A stretch of 64,000 bases of DNA, from the IMG/VR virus record IMGVR_UViG_3300032250_000289, one strand, 5' to 3'. The DNA is from an uncultured virus (IMG/VR IMGVR_UViG_3300032250_000289) (Duplodnaviria; Heunggongvirae; Uroviricota; Caudoviricetes). The first letter of the stretch is position 1. Each line of letters opens with the position of its first letter. Below, one piece after another: positions 55,083-64,000 of this stretch. The notes beneath the pieces are model-generated. The model did no database searches. It had not been told where the DNA came from and saw only the letters and a program-made list of their open reading frames with translations. Position numbers and translations under genes: made by a program.

Positions 55083-56531
55083 TCATTTACGTAAAACGTT
55101 TTCTGTTAGCCACTCTGCTACACTAGCTCTCGTAGCTTCCAATTCATCTACTACATCAGAAGCGTCTACGAGAGTGGCTTCTGTTGATTTTACATCTTTG
55201 AAGAGTTCTTCTGATACTTCTTCAGTTTCAGAAGCAACTACTTCAGCCTTGGGATTTTTGCTTTCATTTTTTTCGTCTTTGACAAGACTTTCTTTCATTT
55301 CGTAATTACCGCCCTTATCCTTCATTTTAGCCATCTTCTTTTTATACATTGCTAAGACAGCTTCGAAAGCGGCATCATCTAGACTATCATAAAGAGAAAG
55401 TGATTCTTCTGCTTCTGCTTCATCAAAACCGCTCTTGACCATTTCAGTCTTGCGATTCATATCTTTTTCTTTCTTCTTCATCATCTTGAATTTATCATTC
55501 ATTTCAGCTAGTTCTTTATCCTTGAGTGATAAAGCTTCTTCTAGACTAGCAACTCTAGCTTCAAAAGCAGAGAGTGCTGATTCCTTTTCGGCAATTGTAT
55601 TTTCTAAATCTGAAAGCTTTGATGCATAATCAATAGTTTCAGCTTCTGTGATTACTGGTGTTTCAACTACTTCGGTTGAAGCTACATTTTCTGTTTGAGC
55701 ATCAACTAGCTGCTCCTCTACCAAATTGGTTACTGAATCTGCCATATTAAAATCTCCTTTAGAAACATTTGAAATAGTATACTGTTCATTTATAGAGAAA
55801 GCTCTGCTAGAATCAAGAATAATACTTCGTGGATTAGCTGGTTTAGAAACTAAACCCTTACCAGAAAATGAAATATCTCTTAATGATCTACCAATTTTAT
55901 AGCCTTCGTATTCTCCCGTACCACCGTAAGCTCTTAAATGTTTTGTTAAGAATGATGATTCTTCATTTCTAGCTATAACCCTTGAGCCTCCAGATTGATC
56001 TATAACTGCATAATCAAATCCGGCGAATAAGCATTCCATAGAAACGAACCATTGGCCTTGTTCAATTTCTGCAATGATCTTATTCATTCTTTCTCTATTG
56101 TCTGGATTTGTCCAACTATTATATAGAACGGCTTCTGTAATAATATCGAACTCGCTGGGCGCATCTGTTGAATCAGCAATTATTTTATTGCCTTCTCTAT
56201 CAACAACATAGCTGCCAGTGATATGTCCAATGATATCGTTTTCATTGTGCATAAAATTGAATTGTTTATCTTCTGGTGTATTTCTAGCAGCCCAAGTCTG
56301 CTGATTATTAAATACATCGTCATTTTTATTCCAGCCAGTGGAAACTAACACAGATTTTAAATAATATAGATCAACTTGATTAGGATTGCTAGAAGCTCTA
56401 ATTTTGTCAATAATATTTGGACGATTATACTGGCCATTGCTTAGTACTGCCTGTGAGCAATAAGCGATGGAACCCTGAGCCTTAATTTGCTCAGATAATC
56501 CGTCTAATACTTCTTGATTATATATTTTCAT
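55083..56531 (-). CDS. prohead protease-scaffold fusion
   Basis: N-terminal N.NDD.F, FNFMH...IIGH, VSMEC, F.G.GLV..PANP.S protease motifs; E/K-rich coiled-coil C-terminal half. Confidence 0.8.
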   Translation of the reverse strand: MKIYNQEVLDGLSEQIKAQGSIAYCSQAVLSNGQYNRPNIIDKIRASSNPNQVDLYYLKSVLVSTGWNKNDDVFNNQQTWAARNTPEDKQFNFMHNENDIIGHITGSYVVDREGNKIIADSTDAPSEFDIITEAVLYNSWTNPDNRERMNKIIAEIEQGQWFVSMECLFAGFDYAVIDQSGGSRVIARNEESSFLTKHLRAYGGTGEYEGYKIGRSLRDISFSGKGLVSKPANPRSIILDSSRAFSINEQYTISNVSKGDFNMADSVTNLVEEQLVDAQTENVASTEVVETPVITEAETIDYASKLSDLENTIAEKESALSAFEARVASLEEALSLKDKELAEMNDKFKMMKKKEKDMNRKTEMVKSGFDEAEAEESLSLYDSLDDAAFEAVLAMYKKKMAKMKDKGGNYEMKESLVKDEKNESKNPKAEVVASETEEVSEELFKDVKSTEATLVDASDVVDELEATRASVAEWLTENVLRK

Positions 56532-56545
56532 TATGTGTTACCTTT

Positions 56546-56561
56546 CAAAATTAGTATACAC
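56546..56561 (-). promoter_or_regulatory. GTGTATW-N6-TAG motif variant (TTG)
   Basis: Minus strand GTGTATACTAATTTTG, intergenic before the protease/scaffold gene. Confidence 0.6.
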
Positions 56562-56577
56562 TAAAACTATTAAAAGG

Positions 56578-58665
56578 TTAAACTAGGGCATTTTGCTCAA
56601 TAAATAAACCAATAATATTCGTGCGATAAATATCAATGTTCATGGTTTCTATATTTATATTTCTATCACTTAGCAATGTTTTAAATTCTATTGGAGTGGT
56701 CTTTTTGGCCATTAAAATGTCATTTATGCTCTGAGCGTTCACAACTTCTAATAATGGTAAATTTGTTAAAACATCTATCTTTAGCTGTTCAAGATCATTG
56801 ATCTGAGCCTTAGTTAACTGTCTAAGATTTTTCTTATTGTTGCAGCTTAAAAAAGCATTATTAAGAACATCCGTTAATTCTGACCAAGCTGATTCCGTCC
56901 ATACTAATAATTCAGCAACTCCCGGTTTAGATTTAGGATTAGCAATCCTTTGCTTGCGGGGTTTTGTGTCTGTTGATAGTGGGGGTCTACCATTCTGGTT
57001 AGGAGAGGGTGCTGTTTTTGGAGCGCCACCGCCGCCAAATGGAGTTTTTGGAGGTTGAGCTAACAGCAAATCTTTTGGAACAGTAGTTTTAATACCAACA
57101 TCGCTTGGTAGAACTTTACCAGTTTGTAGGGCGATCTTTTCCAAAGCTTCTTTTTGCTGTGGATTATGGTAGGGACTTGCTTTATTAGGTGTTGTATCAG
57201 ATGTTCTAGCTTCCATTTCTCTCTGCAATCTAATCTTTTCGATCTGTGGAATTTCTTTAAATCTTTCAATAACAGTTTCTTGACTAATAATGTCTCTGTC
57301 GGCAAGTTGAATAAGTAGATTCTTCTCGGCGGCTTCATCAGATAGTGTCATCTGATCAAACTGAATATATGCTTTATAACGAAAGCCCATAGCCTGACGA
57401 ACAATTTCTATTTCTTTTTCCCAGAACTTAATTAGTAAATCTCTACCGTACTGTAGTCTTTCAACTAAAGTTTTGAGCGATATATAATTATTTGTAAAAC
57501 CACCGCCGCCGGTTGCCATACCAGTTAACGTTGGAGGAACGCCTAGTCCAGCATAAATACTATTTAGAACAGAGGTATATTTTTCTGAACCTAAGAACTT
57601 GTATACTTCACTGCTAGCTTCTTTGAATGATAATTCTGGACCCCAAACTAGTTCCATTGTGCCGCCACCAACGTTACTAGCTAGAATATCTCTTAATTTA
57701 TTAATAGCCGCCCTATTTGGTAGAATCTTATGTTCTAAGCTACCAAGGGTCCATAGTCTAATATTTGAGATAGCACCGTCCAAAGCTGACATGTCTGCTA
57801 ATCTCATTTTCTCTAACATGATAATATCATCAAGAATTGAATAAATCATGGGGTCTGCCCATTCCTGCCAATCGTCTTTCTTGTAATGAAAAACGCTCAT
57901 TCGGTTTGGATCAAGGGCGACTTGCTTTTCGCCATTCTGCAAGCTTTGTTTTATGCCGTTAGGTAGACTATTTAATACGTCTGTTGGTAGATCGCCATCT
58001 TCAAAACGGTCTAAGAATGTTTGAACGTTAATGGTATAGCTAGGAACGCCAGTAAAGATGGACATTTTGCCATCCTTCATCTTAACGTTTAGGGGATTAA
58101 AAAAGTTGTATCTCCAAGGAATAAGGTTTTCTTTAATATTTGGAACCTCTACCTTGATATCAGAAGATAGAGCCTTCATGTAACTTTCTAATTCTGGAGT
58201 AACATTAGCTTTACTTCTATAGATAATAACATTGCCTGTTTTGTAAAGATTGTTCAAAAATCTTTCTGATCGATCTTTACCATTAATGCTTTTGAACCAT
58301 TGCTGATAGAATTTCTCAACGCTCTTATTAGGGTGAACTATACTAATACCTTGGCTACCAAAATCTCCCATTAGATCAATAATATTTCTTATAATGCCAA
58401 CCTTACTATACGCATCGATGCACATTTTCATGGCTCGTTTTTGCTGGGAAGGAACCGCCTCGTTGGGTCTAAAGGCGTAGTAATCCTGTTTTGTAAATCC
58501 CGGCCTTACAGAACGATTTGGTTCAATATCCAAGAATGTACGATAAGTGCTACCTTGACTTTTAGATAATCCAGTATAGCTTTCAATATTATCAGAAAAC
58601 TGAGACATTGCGCTAGCTTTGCTGTCTTGATTATCGTCTGACCAAGTGACCATATCGTTATTCAT
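56578..58665 (-). CDS. portal protein
   Basis: 695 aa between terminase and protease; IIRNIIDLM, TGNV, IYAGLGVP, I.FD...LSD, GRP C-terminal tail typical of portals. Confidence 0.85.
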   Translation of the reverse strand: MNNDMVTWSDDNQDSKASAMSQFSDNIESYTGLSKSQGSTYRTFLDIEPNRSVRPGFTKQDYYAFRPNEAVPSQQKRAMKMCIDAYSKVGIIRNIIDLMGDFGSQGISIVHPNKSVEKFYQQWFKSINGKDRSERFLNNLYKTGNVIIYRSKANVTPELESYMKALSSDIKVEVPNIKENLIPWRYNFFNPLNVKMKDGKMSIFTGVPSYTINVQTFLDRFEDGDLPTDVLNSLPNGIKQSLQNGEKQVALDPNRMSVFHYKKDDWQEWADPMIYSILDDIIMLEKMRLADMSALDGAISNIRLWTLGSLEHKILPNRAAINKLRDILASNVGGGTMELVWGPELSFKEASSEVYKFLGSEKYTSVLNSIYAGLGVPPTLTGMATGGGGFTNNYISLKTLVERLQYGRDLLIKFWEKEIEIVRQAMGFRYKAYIQFDQMTLSDEAAEKNLLIQLADRDIISQETVIERFKEIPQIEKIRLQREMEARTSDTTPNKASPYHNPQQKEALEKIALQTGKVLPSDVGIKTTVPKDLLLAQPPKTPFGGGGAPKTAPSPNQNGRPPLSTDTKPRKQRIANPKSKPGVAELLVWTESAWSELTDVLNNAFLSCNNKKNLRQLTKAQINDLEQLKIDVLTNLPLLEVVNAQSINDILMAKKTTPIEFKTLLSDRNINIETMNIDIYRTNIIGLFIEQNALV

Positions 58666-58700
58666 GTGTTATTCTCTTAATTGGATTGTAATTGGAATGG

Positions 58701-58716
58701 CTATGTATTAATACAC
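58701..58716 (-). promoter_or_regulatory. GTGTATW-N6-TAG motif copy (candidate late promoter)
   Basis: Minus strand GTGTATTAATACATAG spanning the terminase stop codon, about 35 nt before the portal ATG. Confidence 0.65.
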
Positions 58717-60690
58717 ATCTTTCATGTTTTCTGAAAACCAACTAGGTGCGTTGTATAGCTTTTCATTTTCGTATGATTTTGTTTGCTCTCTACCTGTAGC
58801 AAATCCTCCATAGAAATTGTATACTTCTTGCTCTGGAGTTCTTTGTAAAACTCTAGCAGCCATATTGGCCATTAATAGTGCGGAATATCGGTCCTTCCTC
58901 ATTTTGCTTTTCTTGCCGGTGCCTATTATATATTCTGGAGTATCCCATCTATCCCGACCAGAATTTGTTTGTGTCATTTGTATCATAGCCAATTCGTCCT
59001 TTAATTCCTCAATATCTAAAACACATTCTTCTAAAGTGTCGAACATTCTATGTTTGATATCATCTTGGGATGTGGACAGGCCAATAGAGATGGCATCAAA
59101 GTATGGAAATAATAATGCTTTATCTTCAAAGTCTTTTCTCATGCCATGATTAGCTTCTGATAACCATTCATATCGTGCAAACTGACACATTTCTACGATA
59201 TGTAAGCCTCTTTCGCCATCGGTATCTTTTTCTTTTTCTGGATCAATAGTTGGCCATATTGCCATTTCTCCAGATTTAATTTTGTCTTGGTCGTGTAAAG
59301 ATTCTATAATGGCTATACCGCCACCCTGCGCGTCAATAGCAATATGAATACATGGGTATAAGATCATTAAATCTCTAATTTTTCTAGCACAATAAGAATA
59401 GAAATCACTCTCTGTTGAATAGCCCTTTTTTACTTTCTCTTTATGTTCTGATCTAGTGGTTGTCCAACAATGCACAATTCTTCTGTGATCTGGATTTATT
59501 TCTAATATAACGATACTAAAATTATCTACTTCAGAAGCGGGGTCAACACCAAAGATATATCTCTTATTTGGATCACCCATTAGCGTTGCCTCAAATTTAA
59601 TTTCCTGCCCCTTGCTATCTTTGATAGAATTATTATTTGACACCACGCAGGACTCAATTAATGAACGCTTAAAGAACCCCTGAGAGTCTCTAGTAAAGCA
59701 GCAACCAAACTCCATCTGATAAATACCAGCATGTACTGTAGCTTTTGATCGTGCTACTTGATCAGCATCCATAAAACCTTTTGGTAATAGCTCATATGGC
59801 ATTCTTATAATAGAATACTGGGTCCAATCAAAATTATCTGGGGCATCCTCGCCGTTGAACACTTCTCTTAATTTGGTGGGATTGCCACCGCTTTTAATAA
59901 TAGCTTTCCATTTCTTCCAGTATGTAGCGAAATGATTAAAGTCATAGTAAGCTGTTCCAGATAAAATAATCTGGTTGTCTTTTATTTCTATATCTTTATT
60001 TTCTTCTTCTATCTGTATTCCAAGTTCTAAAGCTTTTCTTTGTGCGGCTAAACGTTTTACATTTTCAACAGGGTCCGCACTAACAGCAGCGAAACCAGCC
60101 ACCACGTTTTCAAAAATATCTCTTGGTATGCTTGCAAATTCGTCACTAATAATATCGTTTGCGCGCTGACCTCTAATTTTTTGACCATCACCAAGTGGTA
60201 AGCAAGTAATAGTGCTTTCATTAATTCGTAAAACACACCTGTCAGTATCTCTTCTTGGGCCACTATCAGAGTCGCATAAATCTCTTAACATGGGAGAATT
60301 GCGCCATATGGTTTCCATGTATTCAAAAATAATTTTACTCTGTCTAAAGGCGGCACCAACTACAACAATCTTTCGTCGTGGAAGTATTAATGCTCTTAAT
60401 ACAGCGTAGAGAGATAGCGTGAATGATTTACCAAATCCTCGACTAGCAATGAGCATGGGAAATTTTCTAGTCCATATCTCTTGTAAGATTAAAGCCTGTG
60501 ATGGTAGCAACTGTATACCAAGAATATGGCTACAAATAAAAGATAAGTATTCTGGACGGGTCATAAGCCAAGCTAACTTTAAATGAAAGTCATCTTCACT
60601 GGGCTTTAATATAGACATTGGGTTGAAGATATTGGCATCTATATTATCAAGACCTAGCCAAGCTTCATCTATCTTCTTAAGATTATTCAT
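58708..60690 (-). CDS. terL: terminase large subunit
   Basis: LLPSQ adenine motif, Walker A ASRGFGKS, IRGQRA..IISDE Walker B, SGT coupling motif, RNase H GVDPA and KDRYSA. Confidence 0.93.
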   Translation of the reverse strand: MNNLKKIDEAWLGLDNIDANIFNPMSILKPSEDDFHLKLAWLMTRPEYLSFICSHILGIQLLPSQALILQEIWTRKFPMLIASRGFGKSFTLSLYAVLRALILPRRKIVVVGAAFRQSKIIFEYMETIWRNSPMLRDLCDSDSGPRRDTDRCVLRINESTITCLPLGDGQKIRGQRANDIISDEFASIPRDIFENVVAGFAAVSADPVENVKRLAAQRKALELGIQIEEENKDIEIKDNQIILSGTAYYDFNHFATYWKKWKAIIKSGGNPTKLREVFNGEDAPDNFDWTQYSIIRMPYELLPKGFMDADQVARSKATVHAGIYQMEFGCCFTRDSQGFFKRSLIESCVVSNNNSIKDSKGQEIKFEATLMGDPNKRYIFGVDPASEVDNFSIVILEINPDHRRIVHCWTTTRSEHKEKVKKGYSTESDFYSYCARKIRDLMILYPCIHIAIDAQGGGIAIIESLHDQDKIKSGEMAIWPTIDPEKEKDTDGERGLHIVEMCQFARYEWLSEANHGMRKDFEDKALLFPYFDAISIGLSTSQDDIKHRMFDTLEECVLDIEELKDELAMIQMTQTNSGRDRWDTPEYIIGTGKKSKMRKDRYSALLMANMAARVLQRTPEQEVYNFYGGFATGREQTKSYENEKLYNAPSWFSENMKDVY

Positions 60691-61321
60691 TCCTATTCCA
60701 ATCGGTCATAATAGCATCTGCAAACCCGTAATAAACAGCTTCCTCAGAATTTAAATACCAATCACCAGACTTTAATTTCCTAATTAAATATTGTTTGACT
60801 TGTTTTTCACTAGGCTTTTTGCCAAATTTATCTTTAAAGAATTGACCATCAACGCACCTTTTAGCATAAAGATCAAACATTACACTGGCGCACCTGCGCT
60901 CATAGTCAACAAAATTCTGTACGCTAAGATAGTCAGAACCAATATCCGTTGATCCATAATGACTCATAAAGTATGCGTTCTTAGTCATGTATCTATAATC
61001 AGCAGCTTGTAGGATAATACTACTCATTGACTCGGCCTGACCGTAAACAATAACGCTTACATAAGATCGGCACATTGTTATAGCATCAAAAATAGCCATC
61101 CCATCAGACCATTCCCCACCAACACTGTGCATGTGTATAGTGATGGGGTTATTGTTCCGTAAATCCAATCCTCTTAAGTTCTTAATAAATGTATTGGACA
61201 TTCTATATTCAACGCCGGGATTCTGATTATCTTCAGTATGATAGTGGTTATGAAGAAATATTTCTCTGGTATTTATATTGGCACCATAGTCATGAAAATC
61301 TTTCAATAATTCTGGTTCCAT
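60683..61321 (-). CDS. clpP: ClpP-like serine protease
   Basis: HSVGGEW..GMAIFD, GQAESM (Ser), FMSH (His), DWYL..EEAV.YGFAD (Asp); start probably MEPELL after GGAG RBS. Confidence 0.88.
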   Translation of the reverse strand: MEPELLKDFHDYGANINTREIFLHNHYHTEDNQNPGVEYRMSNTFIKNLRGLDLRNNNPITIHMHSVGGEWSDGMAIFDAITMCRSYVSVIVYGQAESMSSIILQAADYRYMTKNAYFMSHYGSTDIGSDYLSVQNFVDYERRCASVMFDLYAKRCVDGQFFKDKFGKKPSEKQVKQYLIRKLKSGDWYLNSEEAVYYGFADAIMTDWNRNE

Positions 61322-61322
61322 G

Positions 61323-61814
61323 TTAATCTCCATTTCCCGTGTTATACATTTCATTGATTCGTTTCAGTATACTGCTAACTGCTAAGAATGCGTCGTATTT
61401 ACTACCACAGAATAGAACGTGTATGTTGTGTTGAATTTGAAATTCAAATAAACATTTTAACATATATTTACCAGTTATTTTGATATTATTTTTATTTTCT
61501 GATGGGATGCGGGAGTCTTTGGGAAACTTTAACAAGTCCTCTAAAGAAAATTCTAGAACGATAAACTTGTGTGGAAACTTTGTCATGCGATCTATTTCGT
61601 TCATGAAGGCGTGTTTTTTAACACCCAAGTTTCCAGCCAATTCTTCAACGCATCCCTTACGTTCAATGCATATCTTGTCCTCAAGACCCTGTATGCTATA
61701 GTCTCCTGTATCCAATTTTGTTTCTATCATTCCAGCGCAAGTGTTGTACTCTTTAAAAAAGTATCCGTCTTGCTCTCTGGTGTCTTTAATAACTATGAAT
61801 GATTTATTCGCCAT
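61323..61814 (-). CDS. ERCC4/XPF-family nuclease
   Basis: DTREQ, LDTGDYS, CIERK motifs. Confidence 0.88.
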   Translation of the reverse strand: MANKSFIVIKDTREQDGYFFKEYNTCAGMIETKLDTGDYSIQGLEDKICIERKGCVEELAGNLGVKKHAFMNEIDRMTKFPHKFIVLEFSLEDLLKFPKDSRIPSENKNNIKITGKYMLKCLFEFQIQHNIHVLFCGSKYDAFLAVSSILKRINEMYNTGNGD

Positions 61815-62064
61815 TGATGATTTCTATAAACAATGCTTCGTAGTGTCGTTCTTGATCTTTAATAGACTTGTGACAGTTGTAACACAAAGTAATACCGTTG
61901 GATGTTTCATACCTTAATGAGCTAGCAGAACTCCACGGTCTAATGTGGTGAACCTGTAGCCTAGACTTACTATCGCACTGAGGCATTCTACACTTAAATT
62001 TATCTCTTTTAAGTATGTCTGTTCTCCACTTTTTATATACGGGATCGCTGTAATTACGTTTCAT
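61804..62064 (-). CDS. HNH endonuclease
   Basis: RDKFKC..PQC...LQVHHI......NGITLCYNCH. Confidence 0.9.
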   Translation of the reverse strand: MKRNYSDPVYKKWRTDILKRDKFKCRMPQCDSKSRLQVHHIRPWSSASSLRYETSNGITLCYNCHKSIKDQERHYEALFIEIINGE

Positions 62065-62309
62065 AGTGAGTATATTTTATCTATTCTAGACTCTTTTCGT
62101 ATTCTTCTACAAATAATTCTCATTTTGATTGATGGATCTTGATCTAGTAATATTTTAATTAAACCATTTATTACGTCTACGCATACCATATCTGGGTCTG
62201 TAGCTGTAATAAACACCGTTGGAAATGGTGAGTTATATCCTTTTAGATTTAAATGTCTTATATTAACGTAAATGTTAGAAATGTCCAACATTACTCTGTA
62301 GTTTTTCAT
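62061..62309 (-). CDS. hypothetical protein
   Basis: 82-aa ORF overlapping both neighbours in operon orientation. Confidence 0.6.
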   Translation of the reverse strand: MKNYRVMLDISNIYVNIRHLNLKGYNSPFPTVFITATDPDMVCVDVINGLIKILLDQDPSIKMRIICRRIRKESRIDKIYSL

Positions 62310-63360
62310 TTATTCTGTCATTTAACATGAGTATTACTAGTTGCTCTAGGTCACATTTTGGTTTCCATCCTAATTTTTCTTGAGCTTTAGAGGAATCACC
62401 ACGAAGATAATTTACTTCTGCTGGCCTGTAAAACTCTGGGTCTATATAAATAAAGTTTAAAGGTTCATCGATATAGAAATATTTGAAAGCCTTGTCTATA
62501 AAATCTTTTATTGTGTGTGTTTTTCCAGTACATATAACATAGTCATCTGGTTCATGTTGCTGAAGCATAATGTGCATAGCCTCAACATAATCGCCAGCAT
62601 ATCCCCAATCTCTACAGGATTCAATATTGCCTAATCTAAGCTTTGGAAATTTAATTTCATTAGGGGTATGTAGAATATGTTCTGCTGAGAAAGTTAAATC
62701 ATTAATATTTATCTTGTGTCGTTCAGTCCAATTAATAAAGTCAACTAGCCAGTTTGTAATTTTTTTGGTGACAAACTCATCGCCACGGCGCGGACCTTCG
62801 TGATTAAATAAAATACCAGAACTAGCGTGTAGGCCATAAGCTTCCCGGTATAGTCGAACGGCAAAATGTGCGGCACATTTAGCTATCGCATATGGTGATT
62901 GGGGAAGAAATTTTGTCTCCTCATTTTGATACTTATTTCCATGACAATCTGTGTCACAAGAATCTCCAAACATCTCGCTAGATGATGCTTGATAGAATCT
63001 TACCCACTGCATATTGTTATCTAATATAGCTTGTAAAATATTGATACAACCCTTACCGGTTATATCCCAAGTTAGCCCCGGTTGCTTAAAAGAGGTTCCA
63101 ACATGCGACTGTGCTGCTAGATTATAAATTTCATCTACTTCATCATAATCTTTAAGAATATTTGTGACACTACTAACATCTGTAATATCGCCCTCAATCA
63201 ATTCAAATGATGGATTTCCCTTTAGATGTTTAATTCTCTGTGTGGTATCTACGCTGCATCGTCTAGCAACACCAACAACCCTATAATCCTTAGATAGTAA
63301 AAGATCGGCTAGATGGCTACCATCTTGTCCTGTTATTCCGAATATAATTGCAGTCTTCAT
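62275..63360 (-). CDS. gmd: GDP-mannose 4,6-dehydratase
   Basis: GITGQDGS, EIYNLAAQSHV, FYQASSSEMFG, SPYAIAK, GILFNHE.PRRG..FVT.KI, RDWGYA.DYV, RPAEV..L.GD. Confidence 0.95.
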   Translation of the reverse strand: MKTAIIFGITGQDGSHLADLLLSKDYRVVGVARRCSVDTTQRIKHLKGNPSFELIEGDITDVSSVTNILKDYDEVDEIYNLAAQSHVGTSFKQPGLTWDITGKGCINILQAILDNNMQWVRFYQASSSEMFGDSCDTDCHGNKYQNEETKFLPQSPYAIAKCAAHFAVRLYREAYGLHASSGILFNHEGPRRGDEFVTKKITNWLVDFINWTERHKININDLTFSAEHILHTPNEIKFPKLRLGNIESCRDWGYAGDYVEAMHIMLQQHEPDDYVICTGKTHTIKDFIDKAFKYFYIDEPLNFIYIDPEFYRPAEVNYLRGDSSKAQEKLGWKPKCDLEQLVILMLNDRINEKLQSNVGHF

Positions 63361-63992
63361 AAACCTTCCTCTTCCTTTATTTTAAAATAATCCTCTGTAA
63401 ATTTTCCTTTTCTCATAGCTTCTAAATACCAAGGACTATGTTGTGCTGAGTACCAAATGTTGTGCGCCCTATTTTGATTTAATCTTTCACTTCCATTAAC
63501 TTCAAATTCCCAAGGATTTTCATTTTCTATTAAAGATGATTCTAAAAATTGCTTATTCCATATTGAAGCCTGCATGGATATAGAATACAAAGTAAATTGA
63601 TTCATTTTATATAGATTGTCTTTAACACAAACGCTATTATATAAGCTACTATTTTCATGGATGCCAAATCTATTTATATTAAGACTTTCTACTAGATTAA
63701 AATAGGATTCAAACTCTTCTTTGAATATTGTTTTTCTAAAAAAGTAATCGTCTTGTAGCCAAAGGATGTAATCATCTTCTATAACTTGACAAGCTTTCTT
63801 TACACATTGAGAGTATGGAACGACGCCAGCAGTGATCCACTTAAAGTTATCAAACTTCTTTGTTGTGGTTTCAGTTAAGAAGTATTTCTCACACTCTATA
63901 TTATGATCCCAATACTTATTAAACAGTTCAACAAAGTCATTCCATAAGAAATGATACTTGTCGCACGTATTTATTAAAATAGAGAATTTCAT
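63357..63992 (-). CDS. glycosyltransferase-like (GT-A) protein
   Basis: SILINTCDKY..LW, YILWLQDDYF (DxD-like), ASIW, PWEFE; coupled to gmd. Confidence 0.6.
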   Translation of the reverse strand: MKFSILINTCDKYHFLWNDFVELFNKYWDHNIECEKYFLTETTTKKFDNFKWITAGVVPYSQCVKKACQVIEDDYILWLQDDYFFRKTIFKEEFESYFNLVESLNINRFGIHENSSLYNSVCVKDNLYKMNQFTLYSISMQASIWNKQFLESSLIENENPWEFEVNGSERLNQNRAHNIWYSAQHSPWYLEAMRKGKFTEDYFKIKEEEGL

Positions 63993-64000
63993 TCTTTTAC

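Noticed and set aside
58708..60690. Intein or intron in terminase
   Set aside because: ATPase and nuclease motifs are continuous in a 660-aa ORF, with no intein splice motifs or LAGLIDADG insert seen.
3052..61802. Numerous 60-200 aa ORFs nested in or antisense to long genes
   Set aside because: They are fully overlapped by well-supported minus-strand genes and show no recognisable motifs.
1..64000. Stop-codon reassignment
   Set aside because: Standard code gives dense, very long ORFs, and TAA, TAG and TGA all end genes at tight gene junctions.

Overview
This window is the morphogenesis region of a large, AT-rich tailed dsDNA phage in standard genetic code, probably siphovirus-like (long tape measure, tail tube, no recognisable sheath). 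A short plus-strand block (1-2537) encodes a Vsr/DUF559-type endonuclease, a Sak/Rad52-like annealing protein and a Zn-ribbon protein, and meets a ~61 kb minus-strand block at a bidirectional terminator. Read right to left, that block encodes a glycosyltransferase-like protein, GDP-mannose 4,6-dehydratase, HNH and ERCC4 nucleases, ClpP, terminase, portal, protease/scaffold, decoration protein, major capsid, a cluster of fibre/adhesin-like genes (including mucin-like Thr-rich proteins and an FN3+DUF285 protein), neck proteins, tail tube, chaperones, tape measure, a 3777-aa FG-GAP protein and further tail-tip proteins. The most interesting signals are: (1) a 16-bp GTGTATW-N6-TAG motif before structural genes (candidate late promoter); (2) a tape measure with three 'DTVPAxLxPGEFV' modules, two of which bracket a PD-(D/E)xK-like domain; (3) a candidate virion glycosylation system; (4) two paralogous tail chaperone genes, one with its start codon inside a hairpin. 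All product calls come from motif recognition and gene order; no database searches were run.
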